Origin: Lama glama
Lineage: Eukaryota
NCBI GenBank assembly: GCA_028534125.1
Contig: CM052816.1
Location: 47,308,001 to 47,372,000 of the forward strand
Reading direction: 5' to 3'
Length of the DNA: 64,000 bases
Positions 24,560-36,968 of this stretch are shown here, piece after piece (within the stretch, counting starts at the first letter, position 1; every line of letters begins with the position of its first letter). The position numbers and the translations under genes are program-made. Below the pieces are notes generated by a model. That model ran no database searches and was not told where the DNA came from. It was given only the letters and a program-made list of their open reading frames with translations.

Positions 24560-25330
24560 AGTTTTAGGAAAGAATTTTCTGCAGGAAAACAATTTACTTT
24601 GTTTTCTTTGTATTTCTTTCCTCTCTTTTCTGCCCTTTGTTCTTTGATTACCATTATTTTTTATGCGTGGTCTTATGTATTTGCCTTTATCACTTCTGAT
24701 GTTTGCGTTCCTTCCATCTAGTTATGCTTAATTTTAAAATGTCACGCTTGGATTTTGTCTCTGATAGATTGTGTTGCTTATCTGTTACTTCAAGTCACAT
24801 TTCCTTTGCTGAGTCTGCATTCCTTTATCAGCCCTCATCTATTTGGAAGCTGCAGCTCCTCCTCCCTTCCTCTTCTGTGCTATAACTTTGTGTATTTCTA
24901 TTCCTCAGCATCGAAGCTCCTCTTTCTTTCCTTTTTCAGACCCTGTTGTTTGTAACTCTGTCATATGGTTTCATTTAATTACTTTTGATAGAACTATTCA
25001 TTTTATAGTGACTAAATAAAAATAAAAGCATTCTTTTTCTGTCTTCTGCTGTCTGCTCAATCTTTTTTCTATCCTTACCCATTTTTCAAGCATTTCATCT
25101 TTTTATTCATCTTTCTAAACTTGGATATAATTCTTACTTTCTACTTCATGAATGCATCCATCTTTAAATTCCAATTTCTCTATACTCCCTTCTCTTTTTA
25201 TAAATATGCTTCTCTCCTCTTTCTAGTTTAAGTGAAGAATTTTATTGATTTCAGATTTTATTTTGCTTTAATAGTTATTGTCCTCTGTATAATGTGACTC
25301 CTTTTCAGAACTTGAGACTGATTCTTGCCT
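24560..25330 (-). mobile_element. Ancient L1/HAL1-like fragment
   Basis: Long T/C-rich decayed tract typical of antisense old L1 ORF1 regions. Confidence 0.4.
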
Positions 25331-26699
25331 GGCATACATCACTTGGAGTCAGATGATCTGGATGGAGACCCACCTGAGTCTCTAGTTGTAGATTGACTTA
25401 TGTCGCTTATTCAACCACTCATTCATTACTTACTGAATTTATTGAACATATTTCAGTGTCTGATCTGTGCCACCACGGTCCTAGGGAAATACCTAGTCAC
25501 TTGTGCCTGTGATTAGTCTGATCTCAGGATTCTCCATTTGCAGTAATCCTCTTCTAGATCAGTTGATTCATTTTGATGGGGCATGCAGGCTTTCTTCAAC
25601 AAGAGGGACAACTATGCACCATGGCTATTTTCTTGATGACAACTCTTCAAGCTGTCAATAGGAAAAAATGTCAAGAGCTGAGACCTACAAGGCTTTCTCT
25701 GGCTTAGTTTTTACAGCTTCAATTGAATTGCTCAGTGGCTCTTTCCACATAACCTTGGTCTTTCATAAAGACATGTCCCTGGAGTTAGTCTCAGTTGTAT
25801 TTATAGCTGGAGGTGAATTAATAAGTAGGGCTTTTTTTACCTGTGGGTGGTATGTTTTAACAGGTGCTGGGGAGTCTCTTTGCTTCCCTAAATACCTGTG
25901 CGACTTCTGCCTGATACTCTATAGTTAGACATTCATTCCTTTGGTTTAAGAAATAGTCTTGTGTTAAAATATAAATACCCCTGGGAGGGTATTATATTCA
26001 GTCATTAATGCCTCATAAGATCTTTTCCCTTTCTAAAGAATGCATTTTGGTAGCCAGCTTTAGGGGAAAAAATTAGAACTGTAGGGAAGTTTGGTAGTAC
26101 TAAAAATACAAGAAATTTGTATTTTGCTTATTATCAACTCTACTGTGAAAGCAACTGTTCGGCACAGAATAAAACCTTTCATCATCTTTCATTGTCACAG
26201 TGTTTTAAGGTCCTGGCTCACACATGTTGAACCAGAATAACTTTTAACAGGGCTTCCTTTCATTTTTAAAAATATCCTTATTTGATAAAATATACGATCA
26301 TCCTGCTTGTAGGATGGGCAGAGGAGATAAAGGAGAAAAAATTTTAAACAATGTCATATTTAATCCTTGTTAAAATTTTCATTTATTTTGTTATTCATTT
26401 CAATTTTTATTTTTATTTATTGCTGTATTGATTGTGTATTATTTGCTATATTCTCCATTTATTTTGACTGGTCTCCTTGATGATACTTATCATCTCTATT
26501 TCTTGGTATAATTTATTCTACTTTGTTCATCTTATGCCTTTCTGACTAAAGAACAGACATATTCCTCCAATTCTCTGATCTGATGCCCTGTGAAGGGCTG
26601 ATGCATGACCTTCTAAGATATATATCTTAATCTCAGGACCAGCTTGGGTGAAGCCTTTGTTCTGGAAATTCTCATGTTATATAACCAATAGCAGGAGAT

Positions 26700-26870
26700 T
26701 AAGGGTTAATGTTTGCACCTGCAGTTTACAGGCTGTATGACTTTGGATAAGTCATTCAACCTCTCTGAATTTCGATTTATTTTTTGATAAAGTGGGGGTA
26801 ATACTACTTACCTCTCAGGGACATTGTGAGAATTAAATGGGATCATGTACATGAGGGACCCAAGTGAATG
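26700..26870 (+). mobile_element. MIR
   Basis: GGCTGTATGACTTTGGATAAGTCATTCAACCTCTCTGAATTTC...GATAAAGTGGGGGTAATACTACTTACCTCTCAGGG. Confidence 0.8.
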
Positions 26871-27483
26871 GAAATATACAACCCCCTTTTCTTGCATGAT
26901 TTCAGTTGAGAGAGGTTATTATTTTAAAGAGGTTGATCTCTAAAGAGTGCTATTACCTACTTTAGTTTATTAGTGCAAATATTCAGGTTCTTTAGAGGAA
27001 CACCTTCCTGGTACCAACTTACTTCTGATTCTCTTGTTCCAGAATAAAGCCCCCTGTTCCAGACAGGAGACATGAAAGCCCTCTTTCAAGTGCCATCAGG
27101 AAGCTGTGTTACCAAGAGTTAACTTCAGCCCCAAAGCATATATTTCTCCAGGTTTTCAGAGAAATTATCTTAGACACAGAATAGGAATTATTTCCATTAT
27201 TATTTTTTTTTTTCTTAAAGAAAGAAACACACTTGAATCCCAAACAACCTTCCTGGATGTCCGTGAGTGCCCCGTGAAGCTCTCATAGCCCCTTCAGGTT
27301 TACAGTGCTCAGAGGTAGACTTTCAAACCAGCAGTCATCCCTTTGTTATCCCAATACCCTGGCTGCATGTCACTCCAGTCATCTTCCTTCAAGAATTTGG
27401 GAGAGAATAAAAACCCGATGGTTTTCTGATGTTTTGTTTGTTTGTTTTTAGACCAACTACCATTTAATATGGAGAATATTTAA

Positions 27484-27650
27484 TTTTTTAAAATTTGTTT
27501 TTATTGAAGTATAGTCAGTTTACAATGTTATGTCAATTTCTGGTTACAGCATAATGCTTCAGTCATACATGAACATACATATATTCATTTTCATATTCTT
27601 TTTCACCATAAGTTACTACAAGATACTGAATATAGTTTCCTGTGCTATAC
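27484..27650 (-). mobile_element. Short 5'-truncated L1 3' end (lineage-specific)
   Basis: TTATTGAAGTATAGTCAGTTTACAATGTT...TATAGTTTCCTGTGCTATAC. Possible TSD TATTTAA at 27477 and 27651. Confidence 0.85.
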
Positions 27651-29391
27651 TATTTAACTCAAATATGGGACTCAAAACCTATGTCAGTGTGACTATATGA
27701 TTTAGGTTCAATTTTGATTAAAAAAATTAGGGAAATTAAAAAATATTTCCCACTTTAGTCCAAGTTTGTTTCCTTTTGTCATTTATTCAAATACGAAGTT
27801 GAAGGCATTATTATAGTAAGGTCGTTTTTTTTTTTTAAGTTATGTTTAGGGTGGCTCCTGAGTTGAACTATGAATTTACAAGAATGTTATGATTTAACAT
27901 AGATTGGGTGACATTTGGAGAGGATTTGGGCAGGTTCTCATCCTGTTCCTTGACAGAAGAAAAAGAACTTGTAGTATAGAAATGGGATCACTTCCTCCTT
28001 CTTCTGAATGGAACAGGACATTTTTCTAGCTGGTCTGGTAGTGATTATCGGGGTAGATCCTGTAGTTTCAATTTAGTTGAAAGTCCAAGTAAAGTTGTTT
28101 TTTATCCCAGAAGCCTGCATGAAGGGGTACAGAGGGTTAAGAGACTCCTATACATCAGGCTGTACCAGCATCCTAAACTTGCACCATAAAGATGATATTC
28201 GTGTTCATCCTTTCAAAAGAGGATTCTAAGCCCTGATTTTCCTTTGTCAGAGGTGATAAGCTACTATAGAGACTCAACTTGGAGAGCCACTAATCCCCAT
28301 AAAAGGCCAGCAAATGAAGAAGAGAGGTTAAGGTCACTGACTAGAAGCTACACTGCTCTTTACTGATAGAGGGGATGTTAGCTAAAGAAAGTTCTTTTAT
28401 TTTCAGAACTACTTTTACTAGGGAGAAGGCATGAACTTGCCACTACAAAAAATAACCTTGTTTGAAATACAACTAAGCCAATTAAAGAGATGGCTTCATT
28501 TTTTTGGACAAGTCCCCAAAGAATGAAGCATGCTTTGTGTAAAGGAAATAATGTCCTTATATGCCCACGTTTTCCATGGTCACTTTCCTTTTTGATTTAG
28601 GTTTTGTTGAGCTGCCACATGTACGTGCACATGCCAAGTGTTTATGCGTAAGAGGGACTTCTCTATTCAATAGAACAGTTCAGCGTTACTCACGGATTCT
28701 GTGATAGCTTACGTCTTAGTATATCTGCTTCTGTATTTTCCCATCTAGGAAGACTGAAATCATTTGATCAAGGTGAAATCTTTAAAACACTTCTATTCTT
28801 TGAATAGGAATGAAACTCTTCTGCTGTTCCCCTATATTGTTCCTCACTTCTAATATGAAATGCACGTGAGAACCTTCCTGAAGAGTGGCTTTTGTCAATC
28901 ACGTTTGGAGGGGCCTAAGAGGCCACTGAGATGTCACTAATCTAGAAACACATTTCACAAAAAAAGTGTGACTTGTAGTTCCCGAGTCTTTGTTCTCTAA
29001 ATTGCACCAGAGAATGAGGTAGTTCACGGTAGGGTACAGAATGTACATAAAAGCTAATTCTAAAACATTTAACTAGCAAGGCCTCGGCTAGGTGCTGAAC
29101 ACTTAGAGATTTTTAAAAATGCTCAGATGTTGTTTTTCATTATTAAAGACCTAAGAGTGTGATGGGTGACTTTGACACACCGTGTTATGGTGACGGCAAC
29201 GTGGATTACTGGATCCCTTCTAGCCAAGTGCATTTGGCCTTACTGCAAATAGTTTGGATTGCTTTTGATAGTGATTCTTGGTGTCCCCAATTCTGACCAG
29301 TAAGCCAAGTAAATTGTTGGTGGATTTAAGTCACATATTAAGCTTCAGATCTGGGATAATAATGAAGTAGGAGTCAAGCTGCATTTCAAGG

Positions 29392-29965
29392 ATATTAGTT
29401 TTCCTTAGTTGCATAACAAATGACTCAAACTCAGCTTCAGACAACATGCATTTTTTGGCTCACAGTTTGTGTAGGTGGCACAGCAAAAATGGGTTTTCTG
29501 CTCAGGGTCTCACAAGCCAGAAATCAAAGTGTTTGTGGCCTGCGTTCTTCCAAGCTCACTTGGTTGTGGCAGAATTCAGTTCCGTGTGGTCACAGGATTG
29601 AAGATTCTGTTTTCTTGCTGGCCGTCAGCTGGGGGCTGTTGTCAGCTTTGAGGGCGCCCACATTCCTTGCCCTGTGGTTCCTTCTGTCTACAAACCAGCA
29701 ATGGAGAAACTTCCTCATGCTAAATCCCTCTCACATTTTGAATCTTTTTTCTTTTTAGGAAAAGCCTTGTTTCTTCTTAAGGGCTCACCTGATTAGATCA
29801 GGTGTACTCAGGGCAATCAACTGATCTGGGACTTAATTATAATTGCAAAAGCCCTTCAAAGCAGTACCTAGCTAGGGCAGGGTTTCATTGACTAACAGGC
29901 AGAGCATGTGTGGACATACGAGGGAGTAGAAATTTTGGGGGCTATCTGAGAATTCTGCCTACCTC
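29392..29965 (-). mobile_element. MaLR solo LTR (MLT1D/E/F-like)
   Basis: TATTAGTTTTCC...GCATAACAAATGAC...GCTCACAGTTTGTGTAGG...GGGCTCACCTGATTAGATCAGG...GAGAATTCTGCCTACCTCA. Confidence 0.8.
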
Positions 29966-30379
29966 ATCAAGAATATTGTTCATCCAAATCTGAGTTAGTG
30001 AGGGTTCATTTTTTTAATTAAAGGGAAGGTCCAGTAATAACACAAGAATTTGGCCTTTGCCTTGATGATTACTACCAAAGCACGTAATGAATTACTTTAT
30101 TTAATCTTATACAGTTAACCCAAAAGAATCATGCCTGTTTGGTTCAACATTTCTACTGATACAGATGTAAAAATAAATATAAATAAAGATATATATGTAT
30201 GGATCTTCCATACAATATGTTATATTCCTGTAGGGGACAGACCTAACATACTAACAGTATAAACTGAAACTAAAAGTGGAGTGATCTGTTTAAATCAAGC
30301 AACAATTTATCATTCGTTTAAAATTTGCTGTGTTTCAGGCACTGTCCTGAATGACTGAGATCAAAATGGGGTGCTGTAT

Positions 30380-31330
30380 CTCAAGTTAATTTCTAAATCT
30401 AATTAAATTCCAATTAACACATCAAAGACATTTTTGGGATATTTTAATTTATATGTAAGGATAAGCAAGCAATAATAGTTAATTAAAAAAGTATTAATGG
30501 GGGAGGAGTATTCTAAATGATGCTTAATAATTTGGCAAGACTATAACGATTAACACAGAGTGGATCAGCACAGGAATTTAGGCAGATCGATGGAACATAA
30601 TTCAAAACCCAGAAAATCAGAAATGTCCTGATTTTTTATATATATATATATATATCATACACACGCATGCAAACACACACACACAGTGAATATATTAATT
30701 TTGGAGCAAGGAAAATCTTAAGAATGATCCCTAAGCAGAAGCCAACACAGAAACTGATAGATTTAACTCGATAGGAAACAAAATCTTCTGCAGATTAGAA
30801 ATGTCTTAAATAGAAGGGTATATTATAAAGTAAGAAAAAAATTTTCACATATATAGCAGGAAAGGGTTAATGCTACTACTGCATCATGAGTTTCTACAAA
30901 TCAGTAAGTAAAACAATTCAAGAAAAAAGCAAAAGGAGTATGTAAGAAATTCACAGTGAAGAATAAAAATGACCTCCCTCAAAAAAAACCAAACATACTC
31001 AAAATAATAATCAAATATATTAAAATAATAAGATACCATTTTCACTTATAAAACTGGCAAAAAGTTTTAAAGAGTTTGTGTATTAAGTGCTGGGGAGAAC
31101 GTGGGGAACTGGGCTAATCAATTTGTAGAAAAGTATGTCTATGTACTCTTTAACCCAGAATTCAGTTTTTATTAATATTTTTTAAAACAGCTAAGAATAA
31201 ATACAAAGATTTGGCCACAATATTTATTACAGTATATCCTATAAAATTTACATATAGGGAATCTAAATTTTGTTTTAGCTGATTTTTATTTTCTAAATTT
31301 CCTATGATAAATGTGTGCTATTTTTCATGA
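30380..31330 (+). mobile_element. Ancient L1 (L1M-type) ORF2/3' fragments
   Basis: A-rich decayed L1 motifs, e.g. AAAATAATAAGATACCATTTTCAC and AAGTGCTGGGGAGAACGTGGGGAAC. Confidence 0.55.
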
Positions 31331-32039
31331 TCCATCTCTCCCTCATTATAGGTATTTTTATTACACAAAAGCAAGTGGCAGTGGAACATAGCACAGAGAA
31401 CACAGATGTGGGGATCTGGTGAGCCCGCCCCTGAATCTTGGCCCATATCTCATTGGTTATCTTATCCTTGGAATGATTGGCACTGGGTCAGCTGCTTGCC
31501 ATGATCCAATCAGTCACAGCCAGAGGAAGCAGGGTCTCACATTCAAAACATGCCTGCCGAAGGGCTGGCCGTCGGTAGAGGTTGTGAGGGTTGTAGCTAG
31601 TCTCTCGGGTACTGCTGACTGAACGGGAACTATAATACAACAGGATGTGGAAGGCTTCTGAACTGAATAAAGTACTATGGAATCAGAGAGAGAAAGAAAG
31701 AAGACTCCTGAGAAAACAACACTGAAAAGGTAACTTTCAAATGACCTTTCAAAACAGTATAATTTACCAGCTGGAGAAGAGGAAGCAGGGCAGGTAAAAG
31801 GTACTAGAAGCAGACGAGTCGTCATGTAAGAAAAACATAGGCATAAAAAAGCTGTGTGTTTGGAGAACAGTGGGAAGAATGGTTATTAGAGTCAGGAATG
31901 CATGCAAGGAAAAAAAAAAGGCTAGAAAGGTAGGCGAGAGCTAGCTAGCTTCTGACTTGGAATAGTTAGGGCAACCACTTTGCCATGTGTTTGTTATTTC
32001 TGAAAATGATGGTATTTCAACTTAAAGAATCCCCTGTTG

Positions 32040-32346
32040 AATCTTAAAAAGTAGCACAAATAAACTTACAAAACAGAAAGAGATTCAGACATAGAAAACA
32101 AACTTGTCTTCACCAAAGGTGAAGGGGCAGGGGATAAATAGGAATTTAGGATTAAAAGATACACACTACTACATACAAAATAGATAAACAAGGTCCTACT
32201 GTATAGCACAGGGAACTAAATTCAATAGCTTATAATAACCTACGATGAAAAAGAATACACACACACATATATATGACTGAACCACTATGCCATATACCAG
32301 AAACTAGCATGACATTGTAAATCAACTATATTTCAATTTAAAAAAA
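32040..32346 (+). mobile_element. 5'-truncated L1 3' end
   Basis: AAACAAGGTCCTACTGTATAGCACAGGGAAC...CATTGTAAATCAACTATATTTCAAT plus A-tail. Degenerate TSD AAAGAATCCCCTGTTG / AAAAAGTCTCCTGTTG. Confidence 0.85.
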
Positions 32347-32363
32347 GTCTCCTGTTGTCTATC

Positions 32364-32510
32364 CAGGGATTCTCAGCCCCTGCAGCACATTAAAATCACT
32401 TGGGAGCACTTAAAAAGAAGGGATGCCTGGGGGCCCAGCCTAACTCCAAAATCCAGATTTCTGAGGGTTGGGTTTGAGTATGTATTAAATCTTCCCAGGT
32501 GATGAGACGG
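32364..32510. mobile_element. MER5-like hAT-Charlie MITE fragment
   Basis: CAGGGATTCTCAGCCCCTGCAGCACATTAAAATCACTTGGGAGC...CTTCCCAGGTGAT. Confidence 0.6.
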
Positions 32511-32887
32511 CAGAGAAGAAAGTCAAGTCACTGTTTATAACTATGCTGTTGACCTGTCTCCTGTGTTCTGAATAGTCTCTACCTCCCTCTTTTGGATGCA
32601 GGCTATTTAAAAACACACCCCAGGCTCCCTGGGCACCACTAGATTAGCCTTGCCCTACAATTTTCTAAGACTAGGGGCACCACTTCATGACTTCTAGAGC
32701 TTGATAACTCATCTCTAACTCTAACAGCTTTATCACATTTCAGTTTCTTTATGATTTTCGACTCCTAAATCTCCAAGATAAACTCACCAAGAAATTTCTA
32801 CCACTATTCATCTTTTGTCCCCAGACCAGGCCACTGGGGCCTTTCCAAACTCCCTCCATGGCAGGCCTCTGTTTTCTCCTCACTCTT

Positions 32888-32973
32888 CTTTTTATTTGGA
32901 GGTGCTGGGGCTTGAACCCAGGACCTTGTGCATGCTAAGCATGTGCTCTAATGCTTGAGCTATACCCTCCCCC
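32888..32973 (-). mobile_element. tRNA-derived SINE (Vic-1-like, short form)
   Basis: GGAGGTGCTGGGGCTTGAACCCAGGACCTTGTGCATGCTAAGC...GAGCTATACCC. 13-bp TSD TCTCCTCACTCTT at 32875-32887 and 32974-32986. Confidence 0.9.
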
Positions 32974-35284
32974 TCTCCTCACTCTTATACTCAACCCTGC
33001 AGCCGTTTTTTGCCTTTCTCAGCTATGACCAATTATTAAGACTCTTTGGGGATTTTTATCTCAGTTAATACTTCCCACAAAAGTGGGCATAGATTTCCTC
33101 TAATATTATAAAGCAAAATTTTTCCAAAGATGCTCATTTATGTCTGTTTTTCCTTACCATTGTCAATAGTTTTTTTTTTTTTTTGAGTCTGACAACTCCA
33201 GGCTCTTCTTTATTACCACATTATTTCTGACTGTGGCAAATGTGGAAGAGTTCAAACTCTCAATGTTACAATGCTACTTTTTAAAGAGGGTACTGGCAGG
33301 ACGCAGATTTTTTTTTTCATTTACAGTGGGGGTTAGCAAGGTTACATGGGTTTTCTCACCTTTAATACCTCATAAGTGAATCAGGGGATTCATTAATGTA
33401 AAAGTCACCAACCATGGCCCCACAGTCCTAGAACTAATGTACACAAAATAAATCCCAGTGCTCTCCAGCAAACTCTGAATGGCACAGGCTAAAGAAACAT
33501 GGTCTTTCAATCCATCAATTTCCATCTTACCTCGATAGCAGTCATGAATGTCTTCGAGTGCCAAAGCAGGGCAGAGCTGTAATTCAAAAAGACTAAGATT
33601 TTCAAACCTTGAAAATCCACTTTGGATTTATGGGCCAGAATCGAGATTTTATTCCTTCTCTTGAGGATGGAACACTCAGAAAGAGTCACATGGGAGCTTC
33701 CTTGCTTTCCAGGGCTGCAGCAGACTGTCATGTTCTTTTACAGATCTCAAATGTACCAACCCCAATTTTTCACCTTGGAGACTGATAATCTATAAATACT
33801 CAAAAACAATCATTACCTCAGTTTGCCCAAACCTGAGTTTGTCATACTGACCTTGGGTTGAGTGGATGATGAGGACAGGGCCTCTCACCCAGTTAATTAC
33901 TTTCTGTTGTGCTCTGCTTCTTCAGATTTTGTCTTGGCTCTCCAAAGTCTTCTCTGCGTTCTCAGCTTTTGGGATTTCCACAGCCCTCAAATGTTTTGTC
34001 ATTTACTGTTATCTCCTTGCGTCTTCTAAAAAATGGTGATAATCTCTGAGAAACTAAATTCTGTCTTTGGATGGCGAAAAACCTATACTTAGAGGGCTGT
34101 TTTCAATTTTCCTACCAGCTGAAGACATGTTCCTGATTTTCTGTGCAGACATGATTAGATGTTCAATTTATAACTTAATTTAGGAATACATTATGTAATC
34201 TACTCTTAAAGACTATGATAGAACAAATACAGTTTCTCCAGACCTGGAGTGAAGTGGAACTTAAAATGTGCAGTAGTTTGGCCCACTGTTAGACATAAAA
34301 TTTTTCCTACATTAGTTAAAAATAGCAGCCCACCGTGGATTGACACTTGGACCATGCCTAGGCAATCAATTAAACATTTCTATCCACCAAAGACTTTTGT
34401 TAACATCGATAGGGTGATTAGAATTAAAAAAAGAAACAATAAAAAATTAACATCATTATTTCCAATTATGAAAACTGGCTATGTAAAAGGGGAAATTGTA
34501 TGTTAAAAAATCAAAGTGGGATGACTGTGATGCCAGAGTATTCAGAGACTGTCCAGGTCAGGCCTTCCCTTTCTCGTGGAGACCAGAAAGCGAAGGACTT
34601 GCTCAGGGTTCCACAGGAAGTCACGGAGAATGTGCCTCCAATGTCTCAGTGTTAGAGGTGAAAATGGAATTGGGGACATGTGTCTCACATCCTTTATGGT
34701 AAATGCTGAATCTTTTCATGTTTTTAATATAGGAAACTATAAAATACTATATATATGTAAGTATAAAATTTATATAGGGTTAACTGTGGTTTGTGTGTAT
34801 ATGAGGAAGTGACCGCTGCATTAGATCTAATTATCCCTAACTATGGTTTCTGAGGTGCTTCTCACTGATGCTGTACATAGCTTTTGAAATATTATACTCT
34901 AACAAAAAGCAATAATTTGCCTGATATTGTTGATGCAGAAGACAGCATGTAGTGAACGCATGCACATTGATTTCAGCATTTTCAAATCATATATTGAGAC
35001 GGTAGCGGTGGTCTGTGAAAGAAGGGTTCCCTGATGAAATGAATTTGGAAAACTTGGATTAAAAAAAGTTCAACAAGTTTCTTTCTCGTGGGGCTGCTTA
35101 GAGTCTGTAACAATCCAACGAGCCCTGTGAATCCCCCTGTTGAAACCATGGGTAAGCATCAGTCAAATCCATTTCACCTGCCTTCACTAATCGAGGCCCT
35201 TATAATTGCTGCTACAGATTGGCCAGGAATTGGAGTTAGCTGTGTCTACTTTGAGCTGAGTTGGTCAAGACTGGGTTGGACCAC

Positions 35285-35520
35285 TGATCCGCCAACTGAG
35301 CTTGCCTAAGTCTCCCCTGCATGACCTTTTGACGTCACCACCCTCAGATCATGCTACGCGCCCCACGTTTGGAAGTGCAGAGGCCCATGGCGCAGTTACG
35401 CCTGCGCAGAACAGCCATTAGCGATTACAGCGCCTTTTCCCATCACCTTCCCCCACGCCCCCCACTCCCCCCACGCCTCAGACCGCCCTGCTGCTTTATT
35501 GGTTATCCCATAAATACTCC
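35285..35520. promoter_or_regulatory. Compact CpG-rich promoter-like element (no associated coding gene visible)
   Basis: CCAACTG 35292, TGACCTTT 35322, TGACGTCA 35330, CAGTTA 35393, TACGCCTGCGCA 35397, CCCCACGCCCC 35451, CCACGCC 35471, CCGCCC 35483, ATTGG 35498, CATAAATA 35509. Confidence 0.7.
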
Positions 35521-36405
35521 AGCCCCCAGCCTTCCAGGAGGCAGGGCTAAGACTATGTTTTTCTATCTTCATGCTTGTTTGTTTTCCTGGGAGGGGAGTG
35601 GGAGAGGGAAAAAAAAATTTTTTTTTGCTGCAAACTTCTGCATCTCAGCATTTTTTTGTTTGCTAGGAGTTGGGCAAAATAAGCCTGGTTCAGTAACAAT
35701 GTTGCCCAAGTAAAATCTTTTTCTTCTCTAAATAGCTGAACATTCTTCTAGAAATGTAGTTCTGAAACTTCCTTCAGTTTTTCATGTAACTAAATTCTAA
35801 ATTAGATTGCTCCTTTGATCTCAGTTTAAAGCTTGCTGGAGTTCTACACGAAGAGGATGTAGTGGGGAGGGGCTCTGGGATTTTTGCTGGTTGGCTCTCC
35901 CTCTCTCTCCTTTTCTCTAGAAGGTCTCTCTTGACATTCGGCTCTCTCTAGCTCCTCTTTCATTCTACTTAGAGTGGGGGTTCCTGTTGTTTATTTCAGC
36001 AGGGACCCCCTCTCATAGGACTGTGAGCTTTTTGAGCTCAGGGGCTATGTTGTATTCTTTGCATTCCTGTTTCCTAGCACAAGACCTATTTATCAATTCA
36101 GCAAATACTTTTTGATGCTGCAAATGAGACAGACAAAAAAAACCCCCTCAGTCTTTCTAGAGCTTTCTGCAGTTTACTGGGGGAGGGAAAGAAGCAATAG
36201 CCAAAAGATAATGAGAAATGCTGTGGAAGGAGAAACGCAGGTTGTCCTGAAGGGCACTCTGGGGAAAGTTTCCTGAGGGAGAGGTACCTAATGTGAGACC
36301 CTAAAAATGAACAGGAGCTAGTGGAGCAGGGTGTGTAGCAGACTTTCCTGGAAGCTGTGTCGGAATGAGACAGGAAGGGGGGCAGGGCACAGCCATATAA
36401 AGGAA

Positions 36406-36968
36406 TGCTACAGCAGTTAACATCAAAATGGTGGAAGATTCAACCCCCAGTAGGCCTTGAGGTGGGAGATGTGACTTCTAGCAGATCTTGAGGTTTATTA
36501 TACTGCCCATTGTAACATACTAACATGGTGAATAACATGCCCACAAGGGCCACGGCAGCCCCAAGGCTAGCCACAAAAGGTCAAACAGTGGGAAATGGCC
36601 AACTTCCTGGGAATCCCAGCCCCTTCCCCAGGCTATTTAGACTGGTCCTTCCACTTATTAGCATATGAAGCCACTGAGTCCATAAAAACTGGCAACACAA
36701 CAGCCCCCTCTCTCTCCCCCTTCCAAGATGGCCACACTCTGTCTATGTAGTATGTACCTACTCTTACTCTAATCTGGGCACCCAACCCCCATACCTGGTG
36801 GCCTTTCTCTTGCCTTTCGATGCATCTAAATAAATCTACCTTTACTCAACGCGCAGCTTGCTTCTGCGCGAAGCCAAGGACCCACACTTGGCGGGGCACG
36901 TCCCAGGGGCTCAACCAAAGCCTGGGACATGGCCCTTCTCACACCCCACATCTGTTTTTTCTGCATCA
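36406..36968 (+). mobile_element. ERV1-class solo LTR, MER41-like
   Basis: TG...CA ends with near-TSD GGAA/GGGA, TATA-like CATAAAA at 36681 and AATAAA at 36829. MER41-like blocks: CCCACAAGGGCCACGGCAG, TTCCTGGGAATCCCAGCCCCTTCC, TTAGCATAT, GCGCGAAGCCAAGGACCC. Confidence 0.8.
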
